Of a stretch of DNA of 64,000 bases, positions 1 through 11,374 are shown piece by piece (within the stretch, counting starts at the first letter, position 1; every line of letters begins with the position of its first letter). The notes under the pieces are model-generated. The model made no database searches, was not told the origin of the DNA, and worked only from the letters and a program-made list of their open reading frames with translations. The translations under genes and the position numbers were made by a program. The stretch is from Eledone cirrhosa (taxonomy: Eukaryota), in assembly GCA_964016885.1 (NCBI GenBank), contig OZ024743.1:237460001-237524000 (forward strand), read 5' to 3'.

Positions 1-1702
1 GGAATGGCAGCAGTTCTTACTGAGATCTCTTCTAGGAATGGCGGCAGTTCTCACTGAGATCTCTTCTAGGAATGGCAGCAGTTCTCACTGAGATCTCTTC
101 TAGGAATGGCAGCAGTTCTCACTGAGATCTCTTCAAGGAATGGCAGCAGTTCTTACTGAGATCTCTTCTAGGAATGGCAGCAGTTCTTACTGATATCTCT
201 TCTAGGAATGGCAGCAGTTCTCACTAAGATCTCTTCTAGGAATGGCAGCAATTCTCACTGAGATCTCTTCTAGGAATGACAGCAGTTCTCACTGAGTTCT
301 CTTCTAGGAATGGCAGCAGTTCTTACTGAGATCTCTTCTAGGAATGGCAGCAGTTCTCACTGAGATCTCTTCTAGGAATGGCAGCAGTTCTTACTGAGAT
401 CTCTTCTAGGAATGGCAGCAGTTCTTACTGAGATCTCTTCTAGGAATGGCAGCAGTTCTTACTGAGATCTCTTCTAGGAATGGCAGCAGTTCTTACTGAT
501 ATCTCTTCTAGGAATGGCAGCAGTTCTCACTAAGATCTCTTCTAGGAATGGCAGCAATTCTCACTGAGATCTCTTCTAGGAATGACAGCAGTTCTCACTG
601 AGATCTCTTCTAGGAATGGCAGCAGTTCTCACTGAGATCTCTTCTAGGAATGGCAGCAGTTCTCACTGAGATCTCTTCAAGGAATGGCAGCAGTTCTCAC
701 TGACATCTCTTCTAGGAATGGCAGCAGTTCTCACTGAGATCTCTTCTAGGAATGGCAGCAGTTCTTACTGAGATCTCTTCTAGGAATGGCAGCAGTTCTT
801 ACTGAGATCTCTTCTAGGAATGGCAGCAGTTCTCACTGAGATATCTTCTAGGAATGGCAGCAGTTCTCACTGAGATCTCTTCTAGGAATGGTAGCAGTTC
901 TCACTGAGATCTCTTCTAGGAATGGCAGCAGTTCTCACTGAGATCTCTTCTAGGAATGGCGGCAGTTCTCACTGAGATCTCTTCTAGGAATGGCAGCAGT
1001 TCTCACTGAGATCTCTTCTAGGAATGGCAGCAGTTCTCACTGAGATCTCTTCAAGGAATGGCAGCAGTTCTTACTGAGATCTCTTCTAGGAATGGCAGCA
1101 GTTCTTACTGATATCTCTTCTAGGAATGGCAGCAGTTCTCACTAAGATCTCTTCTAGGAATGGCAGCAATTCTCACTGAGATCTCTTCTAGGAATGACAG
1201 CAGTTCTCACTGAGTTCTCTTCTAGGAATGGCAGCAGTTCTTACTGAGATCTCTTCTAGGAATGGCAGCAGTTCTCACTGAGATCTCTTCTAGGAATGGC
1301 AGCAGTTCTTACTGAGATCTCTTCTAGGAATGGCAGCAGTTCTTACTGAGATCTCTTCTAGGAATGGCAGCAGTTCTTACTGAGATCTCTTCTAGGAATG
1401 GCAGCAGTTCTTACTGATATCATTTCTAGGAATGGCAGCAGTTCTCACTAAGATCTCTTCTAGGAATGGCAGCAATTCTCACTGAGATCTCTTCTAGTAA
1501 TGACAGCAGTTCTCACTGAGATCTCTTCTAGGAATGGCAGCAATTCTCTTCTAGGAATGGCAGCAGTTCTTACTGAGATCTCTTCAAGGAATGGCAGCAG
1601 TTTTCACTGACATCTCTTCTAGGAATGGCAGCAGTTATTACTGAGATCTCTTCTAGGAATGGCAGCAATTCTCACTGAGATCTCTTCTAGGAATGGCAGC
1701 AG
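1..1702. repeat. 34-bp minisatellite, about 50 copies, runs off window start
   Basis: GGAATGGCAGCAGTTCTCACTGAGATCTCTTCTA. Confidence 0.98.
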
Positions 1703-1823
1703 AAGACTGACTTATATATTAATTACTATATCTAACAAGGATCCAAAGTGATGGTCTCACATAAAATGATCCAAATTAGTTAGGAGACAAACACACACAC
1801 AATCACATTATATTGTACACACA

Positions 1824-1858
<35 letters not shown>

Positions 1859-2215
1859 TCAACCATATTGTACATGCATACACACACAGTCACACTATTA
1901 CATTTTACACACACACTAATATATTGTACACACACACACTTTTGGTATGTGCAAGTGAGCCAAAAGTATGACAAACATATTTCAATTTATGATTCATTTA
2001 ATCCTTTTTATGTCAAACTACCTGACCCCCCCCCCCCCCAGTTCTGTGAGAGGGAATTGTCTATTTTATTGTGTCTTATATTTATCTAAAAATCTCCCAT
2101 CATAATTTTATGTAGAAACCTTTGTTAAGTTATGTTCCAAACTCTAGCACAATAATTTTAAAAAGTTAGTTATATTAATTACTAAATGCTTTCAAATTCT
2201 TTATAATTAAAAAAA

Positions 2216-3118
2216 GTCATAAGCAGTGTCTTTCATTAGAAATATGGTAATGAAAGGGTTAAAGACATAGACAGTGTCTTTCATTAGAAATATGGTAATG
2301 AAAGGGTTAATGACATTGACAGTGTCTTTCATTAGAAATAAGGTAATGAAATGGTTAATGACATAGACAGTGTCTTTCATTAGAAATATGGTACTGAAAG
2401 GGTTAATGACATAGGCAGTGTCTTTCATTAGAAATATGGAAATGAAAGGGTTAATGACATAGACAGTGTCTTTCATTAGAAATATGGTAATGAAAGTGTT
2501 AATGATATAGACAGTGTCTTTCATTGGAAATATGGTAATGAAAGGGTTAATGACATAGATAGTGTCTTTTATTAGAAATATGGTAATGAAAGGGTTAATG
2601 ACATAGACAGTGTCTTTTATTAGAAATATGGTAATGAAAGGGTGAAAGACAGATAGTGTCTTTCATTAGAAATATGGTAATGAAAGGGTTAATGACATAG
2701 ACAGTGTCTTTTATTAGAAACATGGAAATGAAAGGGTTAATGACATAGGTAGTGTCTTTCATTAGAAATATGGTAATGAAAGGGTTAATGACATAGTGTC
2801 TTTCATTAGAAATATGGTAATGTAAGGGTTAATGACATAGACAGTATCTTTTATTAGAAACATGGAAATGCAAGGGTTAATGACATAGACAGTATCTTTT
2901 ATTAGAAATATGGTAATGAAAGGGTGAAAGACAGATAGTGTCTTTCATTAGAAATATGGTAATGAAAGGGTTAATGACATAGACAGTATCTTTTATTAGA
3001 AACATGGAAATGCAAGGGTTAATGACATAGACAGTATCTTTTATTAGAAATATGGTAATGAAAGAGTTAAAGACATAGACAGTGTCTTTCATTAGAAATA
3101 TGGTAATGAAAGGGTTAA
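2216..3118. repeat. 48-bp minisatellite, about 19 copies
   Basis: GACATAGACAGTGTCTTTCATTAGAAATATGGTAATGAAAGGGTTAAT. Confidence 0.97.
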
Positions 3119-3325
3119 CCCTTTAGTGTTCAAACCGGCCCAAACTGACCAGAATTCTCTACCTCTTCCTGTTGAAACTGGCTGTAACTGGTCACTCAAA
3201 CTGATGCTAGGGTATTGTTTTCAAAATAAATACTTTCAAAATCTCATAGATTCGATATTATGTGAAGTAAAGCCTTTACCATTAAAATATAATAGTATAT
3301 ATAAAATAATGTAAATGCTAAAGGG
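3119..3325. mobile_element. piggyBac-type MITE
   Basis: TTAA|CCCTTTAG...CTAAAGGG|TTAA; 207 bp; family repeated many times in the window. Confidence 0.75.
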
Positions 3326-3639
3326 TTAAATGTAACCCTTAAATATGATAACTTACTATCAGTGTTGCTAGTGCATATATGAGGTTGAAAGGTACATAAT
3401 ATCTCACTGAATTCTAATATTTTTGACAGCAGTCAAGTTAAGTTAGTCTACAACAGTAAAGTATGAAACATTTATAGCCATTGGGATTTTAAGACTCATT
3501 TTAACAATTATTCACTTGTCCATATATATTACATTAATTGTCTTCTTCACATTCCTTCAGTGACACCCACCACCCCTAATTGGTAATTAATATAATTGAT
3601 ATTACTCTAAGAACATCATTATTATAAACTGACCCTTTT

Positions 3640-3782
3640 GGGTGGATTGGCAGTATCAGTTGAGGGTCGGACACCATGCTTTGCAGCTTAGAGTTACGGC
3701 CCTTTGTGATCTGGGTTCAAAACCCACTGAGGTTAACTTTGTCTTTCATCTTTACGGGGTCGATAAAATAAAGTACCAGTAA
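3640..3782 (+). mobile_element. SINE, second family (reverse copies at about 29319-29490, 47385-47580, 47680-47805; partial at 7468-7550)
   Basis: B-box-like GGTTCAAAACCC followed by conserved core GAGGTTAACTTTG.CTTTCATC.TTACGGGGTCGATAAAATAAAGTACCAGT. Confidence 0.65.
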
Positions 3783-4608
3783 TGGTGGTTGGGGTGGTGG
3801 TTGTGGTGGTGGTGATGGTGGTGGTGGTTGAGGTGGTGTTGGTGGTGGTGGTTGTGGTGGTGATGGTGGTGATGGTGGTGGTGGTGTTGGTGATGGTGGT
3901 GGTGGCGGTGGTGGCGGTTGAGGTGGTGGGGTGGGGTGATGGGGGTGTGGGGTGGTGGTTGAGGTGGTGGTGGTGTTGTTTGAAGTGGTGGTGGTTGAGG
4001 TGTTGGTGGTGTTGGTGGTGGTTGAGGTGGTTGTGGTGTTTGAGGTAGTGGTGGTGGTGGTGTTGTTTGAGGTGGTGGTGGTTGAGGTGTTGGTGGTGTT
4101 GGTGGTGGTGGTTGAGGTGGTGGTGGTGGTGGTGGTAGTGGTGGTGGTGGTGGTTGAGGTGGTGGTGGTGATGGTTGAGGTGGTTGAGGTGGTGGTGGTG
4201 GTGGTTGTGTTGTTTGAGGTGGTCGTGGTTGAGTTGTTGGTGGTGTTGGTGGTGGTTGAGGTGGTGGTGGTGGTGGTATTGGTGGTGATGGTGGTGGTGG
4301 TGGTGGTGGTGGTGGTGGTGGTTGAGGTGGTGGTGGTGGTGGTTGAGGTGGTGGTGGTTGAGGTGGTGGTGGTTATGATGGTGGTGGTGGTGGTGGTTGA
4401 GGTGGTGGTGGTTGAGGTGGTGGTGGTTGAGGTGGTGGTGGTGGTTGAGGTTGTGGTGGTGGTGGTGGTTGAGGTGGTGGTGGTGGTTGAGGTTGTGGTG
4501 GTGGTTGAGGTGGTGGTGGTGGTGGTGGTGGTGGTGGTTGAGGTTGTGGTAGTGGTGGTGGTTGAGGTGGTGGTGGTGGTTGAGGTGGTGGTGGTGATGC
4601 TGGTGCTG
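3783..4608. repeat. Degenerate (GGT)n microsatellite
   Basis: GGT/GTT/GAG triplets. Confidence 0.97.
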
Positions 4609-4673
4609 ATGTATATATATTTTAACATAAATATTATAACCAATGAAAATGTATTTGTTGTCTTTATTTTATA

Positions 4674-6255
4674 CTAGCAGTGGTACCCGGCGTTGCACGA
4701 GATAAGGTATTTTGGAAAGCGGGCCGCCAACAGACCTAATCGTGGGAAAACTGCATGAGTGGACAATATGTAAAGAAAATAAACCGAATACTCTGATGGC
4801 TTGATAATCTTTAAGATTTTCCTCGGTGAAGCAGTAAAAATACAGGTTTTCACCTAGGGGATCAAGAAAATATTTTTTTTTTATGTGCAAAATATGCCTT
4901 GAAATTTCGGGAAAATCGGCTAGTCGTAACGCCTCCAAAAAGCCCTAAAAAGTTTTTCACCTAATGCGGGCCCTAGGCCATAAAAAGTTGGATTTTCTTT
5001 GATCACGGTATGAAGAAGAGACTGACTAATACATAGTTACAATTTCAAGGAAATCACTCTGACATAACGCCTCAAAAACCCCCTAAAAAGCTTAAAATAC
5101 GCAGTTTTTCACTTAATGCGGGCGCTAGGAGACCGAAAAGTTGAATTTTATGTGCATAACAGTCCCTGAAACATAAGTAATACACATGTAAAGTTTGAAA
5201 AATATCGGTTGGGTACTTCTCGAGTTTTAGGGATTCAAACTCACACACACTCACACACACACACATACATCCTCAGGGAAGTGACGTAATGCAGACAGCC
5301 AGACATACAGACAGATATTATAAGGGCGCGACGTTATATGTATGTATCTATCTAAAAAGAGAAAGACTAAGAATTATAGAGAGAGTTAAATCACCTAATG
5401 CGGTCCCTAGGGCATTGAAAATTAGAATTTTTATTTTGCTCAGAACACTCCCTGAAACAAGTATTACATGTGTAAAGTTTGAAAACAGTGAGTTGGGTGC
5501 TTCTCTGGTTTTAGGGAATGAAACTCACACACAGAGACATCCTCAATTTTATATATATAGACTAGCAGAAAACCACCCGGTGGGCAGTTTTCTGCTAGCA
5601 AATCTAGTGTATATACTGATATTGTTGTGATTTGGATGAGAAATGTTTTCGGCACTACATGTTCACCGTCTCTCGGTGTGTCTTTTATGCATGTATAAAT
5701 ATATATGTTATCTATACGGTGAAATCTTTGAAATAAATATATGTTAAAACGAAAAAGGAGAAAAAGAGATTAGTGACGGAAATATAAACGTTATGATACA
5801 TAAACGTTATGATATAACGATGGAAATATATAAACGTTTACGATAAAACGATGGAAATAGAAACGTAAGCCGAAACACTCGTGAGTCGAAACACTCGTAA
5901 AGCGAAACGTATAAATAAAGATTAATGTAATGAATTTGAAAAGCATAGAGATTTGAAACCGCGTCTATTTGTTTCCTTGGCATTTTTTACAGATGGACAG
6001 ACAGACAAACAGAGAAATGCCCATTATATATTATAAGTAGACTTGGCATGGTGTCAAGTCAGAACCGCCTCGAACTGGTTACTTCTGGCTTGTGCAAGGT
6101 GTCTCTATAGCAACCAGCGATTCCCTCGGCCTCAGTGACCAAAGTCAGTGGAGAGGGGAAGGTAATGTTTCTATAGCGACAGTGTTTCTCTTGGTAGTAC
6201 CAAAGTGGAGAAAGGAAGGGGAAGGTAATATTTCTGTAGCACGTGTTTTAGCGTC

Positions 6256-6322
<67 letters not shown>

Positions 6323-6464
6323 GCTATCCCCCCCTCGTAGTCTGTCTCTTTCTTTCACTCTCACTCTCTCTCTACGCGTGTGCAAAAAAACATTCGCACG
6401 CGCGCACGTGTTTCCACTGTCGGACAGACAGACAGAGAAATTGCTGGTTATATATATAAGTAGA
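4674..6464 (-). mobile_element. Tandem non-autonomous Helitron-like elements (4674-5561 and 5562-6464)
   Basis: Minus-strand ends ...TGCAACGCCGGGTACCACTG-CTAG|T and TC-TATATA starts; head-to-tail junction TATATAGA|CTAG at 5561/5562; internal (CAGA)n. Confidence 0.55.
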
Positions 6465-6471
6465 TATATAT

Positions 6472-6472
<1 letters not shown>

Positions 6473-6503
<31 letters not shown>

Positions 6504-6830
6504 TTAACGTCTATCTTCCATGCTAGCATGGGTTAGACGAGAGTTGTCCCACTTGAGGCAAGGTTGGTCAGGTGACTGTATCTCGCACGTATAGGACTGT
6601 ATCTGGCAGGTTTTCTACGGCTAGATGCCCTTCCTAACACCAACCACATTTACAGTGTGGACTGGGAGGTTTTTACCGTGTAACCTATACGGCCACATTA
6701 CAGTGTGGACTGGGTGTTTTTTTGTCGTGACACCTCATTTATTTAGGACTGGATGTTGTGGTACCAACATAACTTTACAGAGAAAGGGTGTTGTTGGTGG
6801 GAGTGGGAATGTGGAGTAGGGGTAGTGGGA
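6473..6830 (-). mobile_element. SINE 3' portion with (GAT)n tail (related at 7545-7800, 44220-44445)
   Basis: Shared GGTGTTAGGAAGGGCATC.AGC.GTA and CTAACCCATGCTAGCATGGAAG...GACGTTAAATGATGAT. Confidence 0.65.
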
Positions 6831-6870
6831 TGGGGGTGTATATTTGATATATATATATATATATATATAT

Positions 6871-7289
6871 ATAAATGTAATCTGAGTTTTTCGAATATTA
6901 ATAATAACATTCGATTCATTTGCAATTATGCAAACAAGCCTCATTTTTAAAGCCATGTCAGTAGAACGAACACTTCATTCTTGCTCTTGTGTTGACATGT
7001 AAACAGAACTGCAGACACTAACGTTTCTGGGTATCAACCTTCATCAGTACAGCTCACTGTTCACCTGCCAACTGTCAGAGCTTGTGAAAATATATGCTAT
7101 TTTCTAAAATATACAGTGACTGATCAACCTGATTTGCATATTAGCAGTCTGCAGTTTTATTTACATGCCAACACAAGAGCAAGAATGAAGGGTTCATTCT
7201 ACTGACATGGCTTTAAAAGTGAGGCTTGTTTGCATAATTGCAAACAAATTGAATGTTATCAATATTTGAAAAACTCAGATTACATTTAT
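6871..7289. repeat. Inverted repeat, about 145-bp arms (6871-7016 / 7147-7289)
   Basis: Arms are reverse complements with scattered mismatches; further arm copies at 21635-21756 and 52443-52520. Confidence 0.9.
7007..7054 (-). ncRNA. Minimal type I hammerhead ribozyme motif (family B)
   Basis: Minus strand AGCTGTA CTGATGA AGGT-TGAT-ACCCA GAAAC GTTAGT GTC^TGCAGTT; 7-bp stem I, GUC cleavage triplet. Confidence 0.75.
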
Positions 7290-8349
7290 TGTATTCAGCC
7301 ATGTAGAGCGTCAATTTTTTTTTAATTTTTTTTTTTATATATATATATATATTCCAATATTTGTAATGATATATATTTTTAATATATAAAACACTGTGGC
7401 TCTGAGATAGGTACTCGACTACTGACCAGGAATGGTCAGAACACAATATAATAGTGGTTTCTGATTTAGGCACAAGACCAATAACTTTGAGGGGAGGGGG
7501 AAGTTGATTAAATCAACCCCAGTACATTACTGGTACTTTGTTTTATCGTGGAGGTGCCATGACAAAAAAGCACCCAGTCCACCTGTACAGTGGTCGTGTA
7601 GGCGCCACGGAAAAAAAGCACCCAGTACTCACTGTAAATGAGGTTGGTGTTAGGAAGAGCATCCAGCTGTAAAAATCAAGCCAAAATCAGTTCTGTATGA
7701 GCGAGACATGGTTACCTGACCTGGCATTGCCCACAACAGGACAACCCGTCTAACCCATGTTAGCGTGGAAGAATGGATGTAAAATGGTGATGATGATGAT
7801 ATATTTATATGATGGCTGCCCCCTTATTATCGAGTATGGCCATTGCACGATATAACATTATTAATAATTATTAATTAATTCCATCATGCAATACCTGTGC
7901 GTGAAGATTATTTTTAAATTGATGAAAGACTGTGCACTGAGCCAATCCCACTCTCTGAGCGACAGTAGCTATAACCTGAAAAGAAGAAAAGATCAACATC
8001 ATCGGTAACTACTGAGTCGCAGATTTTATGTCGGAGTTATCCCAGTTTCCTGAGTTGCCTTCTCCTAGAAGAATGCCCTAACAAAGGCTAGGGGTCCTTC
8101 ACTCCAAGTGGTTTAACCGCGCGATCGGGTATCCAGCCTGACTATTTCTATGTCCCCGTGCATATACACACATATGCACACATGCATAAACCTCCTCACC
8201 AAATAAACTTGGTGGGGTTGCCGGTTTAGTTACCGATGACCTGACCATGCGACAGGTTGTACTGGGTTATGTGTTACCAGTAGCACTAAAGAGCAACCTG
8301 ACATACATACATACATATGCTGTTGCAAACTCGTATTCAAGCATTGCCA

Positions 8350-8797
8350 TCACCTGGCAACTGACTTGGTAAACACCTACAAAATTGTTAACCATCTTGC
8401 CAACAACAACTGAGTACCTTTTTGATTTCCATGTGTCTAACACACGTGGGCATGGCGCGTGTGTTAGACACATGCCCAAAAAGTCAGAAAACAGCACAGT
8501 TCCCATGACTTTCGGAAACATTTTGTCACGCTCAGAGTTGCTGAAGCATGGAACAAACTACCTGCATCAGTTGTTAGTTGTCGAGACACTGCATCCTTTA
8601 AAACCTCCATGCTTCCCGAGATTCGCCAACACTACACCTAATGTTCCCCCTCCATACACATACACACATGTATATCATGACTCACACACTACTCACTTCC
8701 CTGACATTTGTATATTATTCTATGTACTATACATGCACCTTTGACGAGTTGTAGTGCACCTGAGCACTTTACACAATAATTTTATTATTATTATTAT
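8350..8797 (+). mobile_element. CR1-like LINE 3' end, copy 1
   Basis: SNTRGH...RVAEAWNKLPASVVS; tail ...cacaataattt(tat)n; homologous to 16865 and 57010 copies. Confidence 0.75.
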
Positions 8798-8799
8798 AC

Positions 8800-10285
8800 A
8801 AATGCTCAAAAATGTGAGGCACAAATGTAGCTCTTTAAACCAGCCAAAGACTTGTACCCTCTGCCACATACATGGCAACTGTAGGCTCCTCTGGGACTTT
8901 CCATTGTTTGGTTCTCACTGTTTGTTGTCGTGTGTCTTTTAAGACCTCCCATGCTAGCACATTCCTTGCCACGTTCCTTACACCTTTTCAGATCATAATC
9001 TACATGAGGTCTACTGTTATTACTTTGTTAATGTCTAATTAATCCCGCTTTGCTCAGGCAGACTCGGCCACAGTGCTGGCAAACCAGATGATGTTCAACA
9101 GTTGGCAGTTCAGAACAGTCTCCTTATCTTACCTTCCTTTTCAGTGTAAGGTGTTCTCTTCGACGAGTTTCAAAGTGTTCACTACCTGACTTGATCAAAT
9201 GTCTCCATTTCACTCGCTCCTCAGCCATTTTCTCCCATTTGTCAGATGAAATTCCAGCACAAGCCAAGGTGCCCCTGACACAATCCCAGTACTGCATTTT
9301 TGGTTTGTGTGGTGGTCACCTTCCTTTGCAAATTTCTCCGTAGAGAAGTTGTTTTGGAATGCGCACATTCAGACACATTCATCACACATTCGGACCACGT
9401 GACCTCACCACCTCAACCGATGCCGAAAGACCATCCTCTCTATAGTCACACACCTGCTCCGTTTGAGAACTTCCAAATCACTGACGAACATTTTTCCTCA
9501 CACCCCAAGTATGTTACGAAGAGATTGTTGGTGAAACCTCTCCAGTTCCTTGAGGCACTTTCTGTATGTGACCCACGTTTCACAAGCATAAAGCAAAGAG
9601 GACGCGACACAAGTCAGATACACTTTTACCTTGGTTTCAATGGCGGTACCTCGTCTGGACTATAAACATTCAAGCAGCCGTCCAAAAGCATCACTGGCTT
9701 TTTTGATTTTTAAGGATATCTCATCCTCAAGTGTGCATGGATTGTTCAACGTACTACCAAGGTAAACAAACTTGTCAGCAACTTTTAGCCTCTTTCCGTA
9801 CACGTACACACTTGGTGTAGTGTATTTTTCCCCAGGTGCTGGCTGATACATCACAACAGTCTTTTCCAAGCTTATTGTGAGGCCCAAAGCGCTGCAAGCT
9901 TCAGAAAAAGAGTTCAAAATATGCTGCATGTCCCTTTTTGAGTGTGCAAAAAGATCGCAGTCATCTGCATACAAAAACTCTCGGGTTATAGATGTTAATA
10001 CCTTCGTGCTTGCACCAAAGCGCCTGATGTTGAACAACCTTCCTGAAGTGCGATACCTGATGTAAACTACATGCGAACAATTTTTCCTGAATGCCATGAC
10101 AAATACTATCATAAAATATAAGGGAAACAGAGTTGGAGCCGGAATGTGCCCCTGCTTCACTCCATCTTCAACTGATATTGGTTCAGAGATGTTACCACCA
10201 ATACTGACCCATCATGAAAAAAACGCAGAATCTTCCCAAACTTTGGAGGGCAGCCAAGCTTTTCCAAAATTTTCCACAATGCAGT
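8800..10285 (-). mobile_element. RTE-clade LINE fragment (RT to 3' end), decayed
   Basis: ORF 9660-10160: KQG..PAPTLF, IRYRTSGRLFNIRR, FLYADDC, GLTISLEKT, FVYLGS, KASDAFGRL. Boundaries approximate. Confidence 0.85.
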
Positions 10286-10768
10286 GCTACCAGTAGCATG
10301 TCGGGTCGTTGGCGACTAAACCGGCAACCCCACCAAGCTTGATTGGTAAGGAGTGTGGTATTTGGAGACCCTGCGGGATGAAAAAACAAAACTCAACAAA
10401 GGGCGGGGGAATTGAATAGAGTCAACGGCCATCCAAATACTGTGTACATGTCGGTGTACTCTATTTGTATATACTTATGTATATGCATTTTTTTTTGTAT
10501 GTATATATGTGTGTGTGTGTGTGTGTATGTGTATATATATATATATATGTATGTATATATACATATATGTGTGTGTATATATATATATATATGTATGTAT
10601 ATATACATATATGTGTATATGTATGTGTATATTTGATATATCCTCGGATGTCTGTTTGCATACGTATACCTCTATTTATACATATATGTATATACATGCA
10701 TACATATATACATACACACATACATATATACATACACACATACACACACGCACACATACATACATACA

Positions 10769-10799
<31 letters not shown>

Positions 10800-10923
10800 G
10801 TATATATATATATATATATATCTATGTATAAATGATGATGATGATATATATATATATATATTCATCACCATCATCTTCATCATCACCATTTCACATCTTT
10901 TTTCCATATTAGTGTAGGTTATG

Positions 10924-10954
<31 letters not shown>

Positions 10955-11029
10955 ACATTTTTCTTTGTATGTATATTTGTGTGCATGGCATGTATGTGTG
11001 TATGTGTGTGTGTGTAGGGGGGGGGGTAT

Positions 11030-11066
<37 letters not shown>

Positions 11067-11374
11067 ACTTTCGTTACCCTTGAAATGTCTGTGACTGATG
11101 TTGGCAAGAGATGCTTGAGTGAAACTAAAGACGATTACCCCTAAATTTTGTGGGCCCCCCATGGGTAATGTCAACATAAAGTGTATTTGTTGTGAAGGTG
11201 TGGGTAAATGAGGCATACACAAGGGTTAAGAGTAAGTGTTATCACAGGGCAATGCTATACCTTTCAGGGTTCCTGACACACTACCCGAATTCAAAATGAA
11301 AATGTTTTGCCAAAACAGACTTCTAGTACTTGAAAATCTACTAGTCACAGATGAGTGAATGTTTAAGAGACCAG

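Noticed and set aside
3717-4677. Mucin-like poly-Thr and poly-Val ORFs
   Set aside because: Translations of a (GGT)n microsatellite abutting a SINE.
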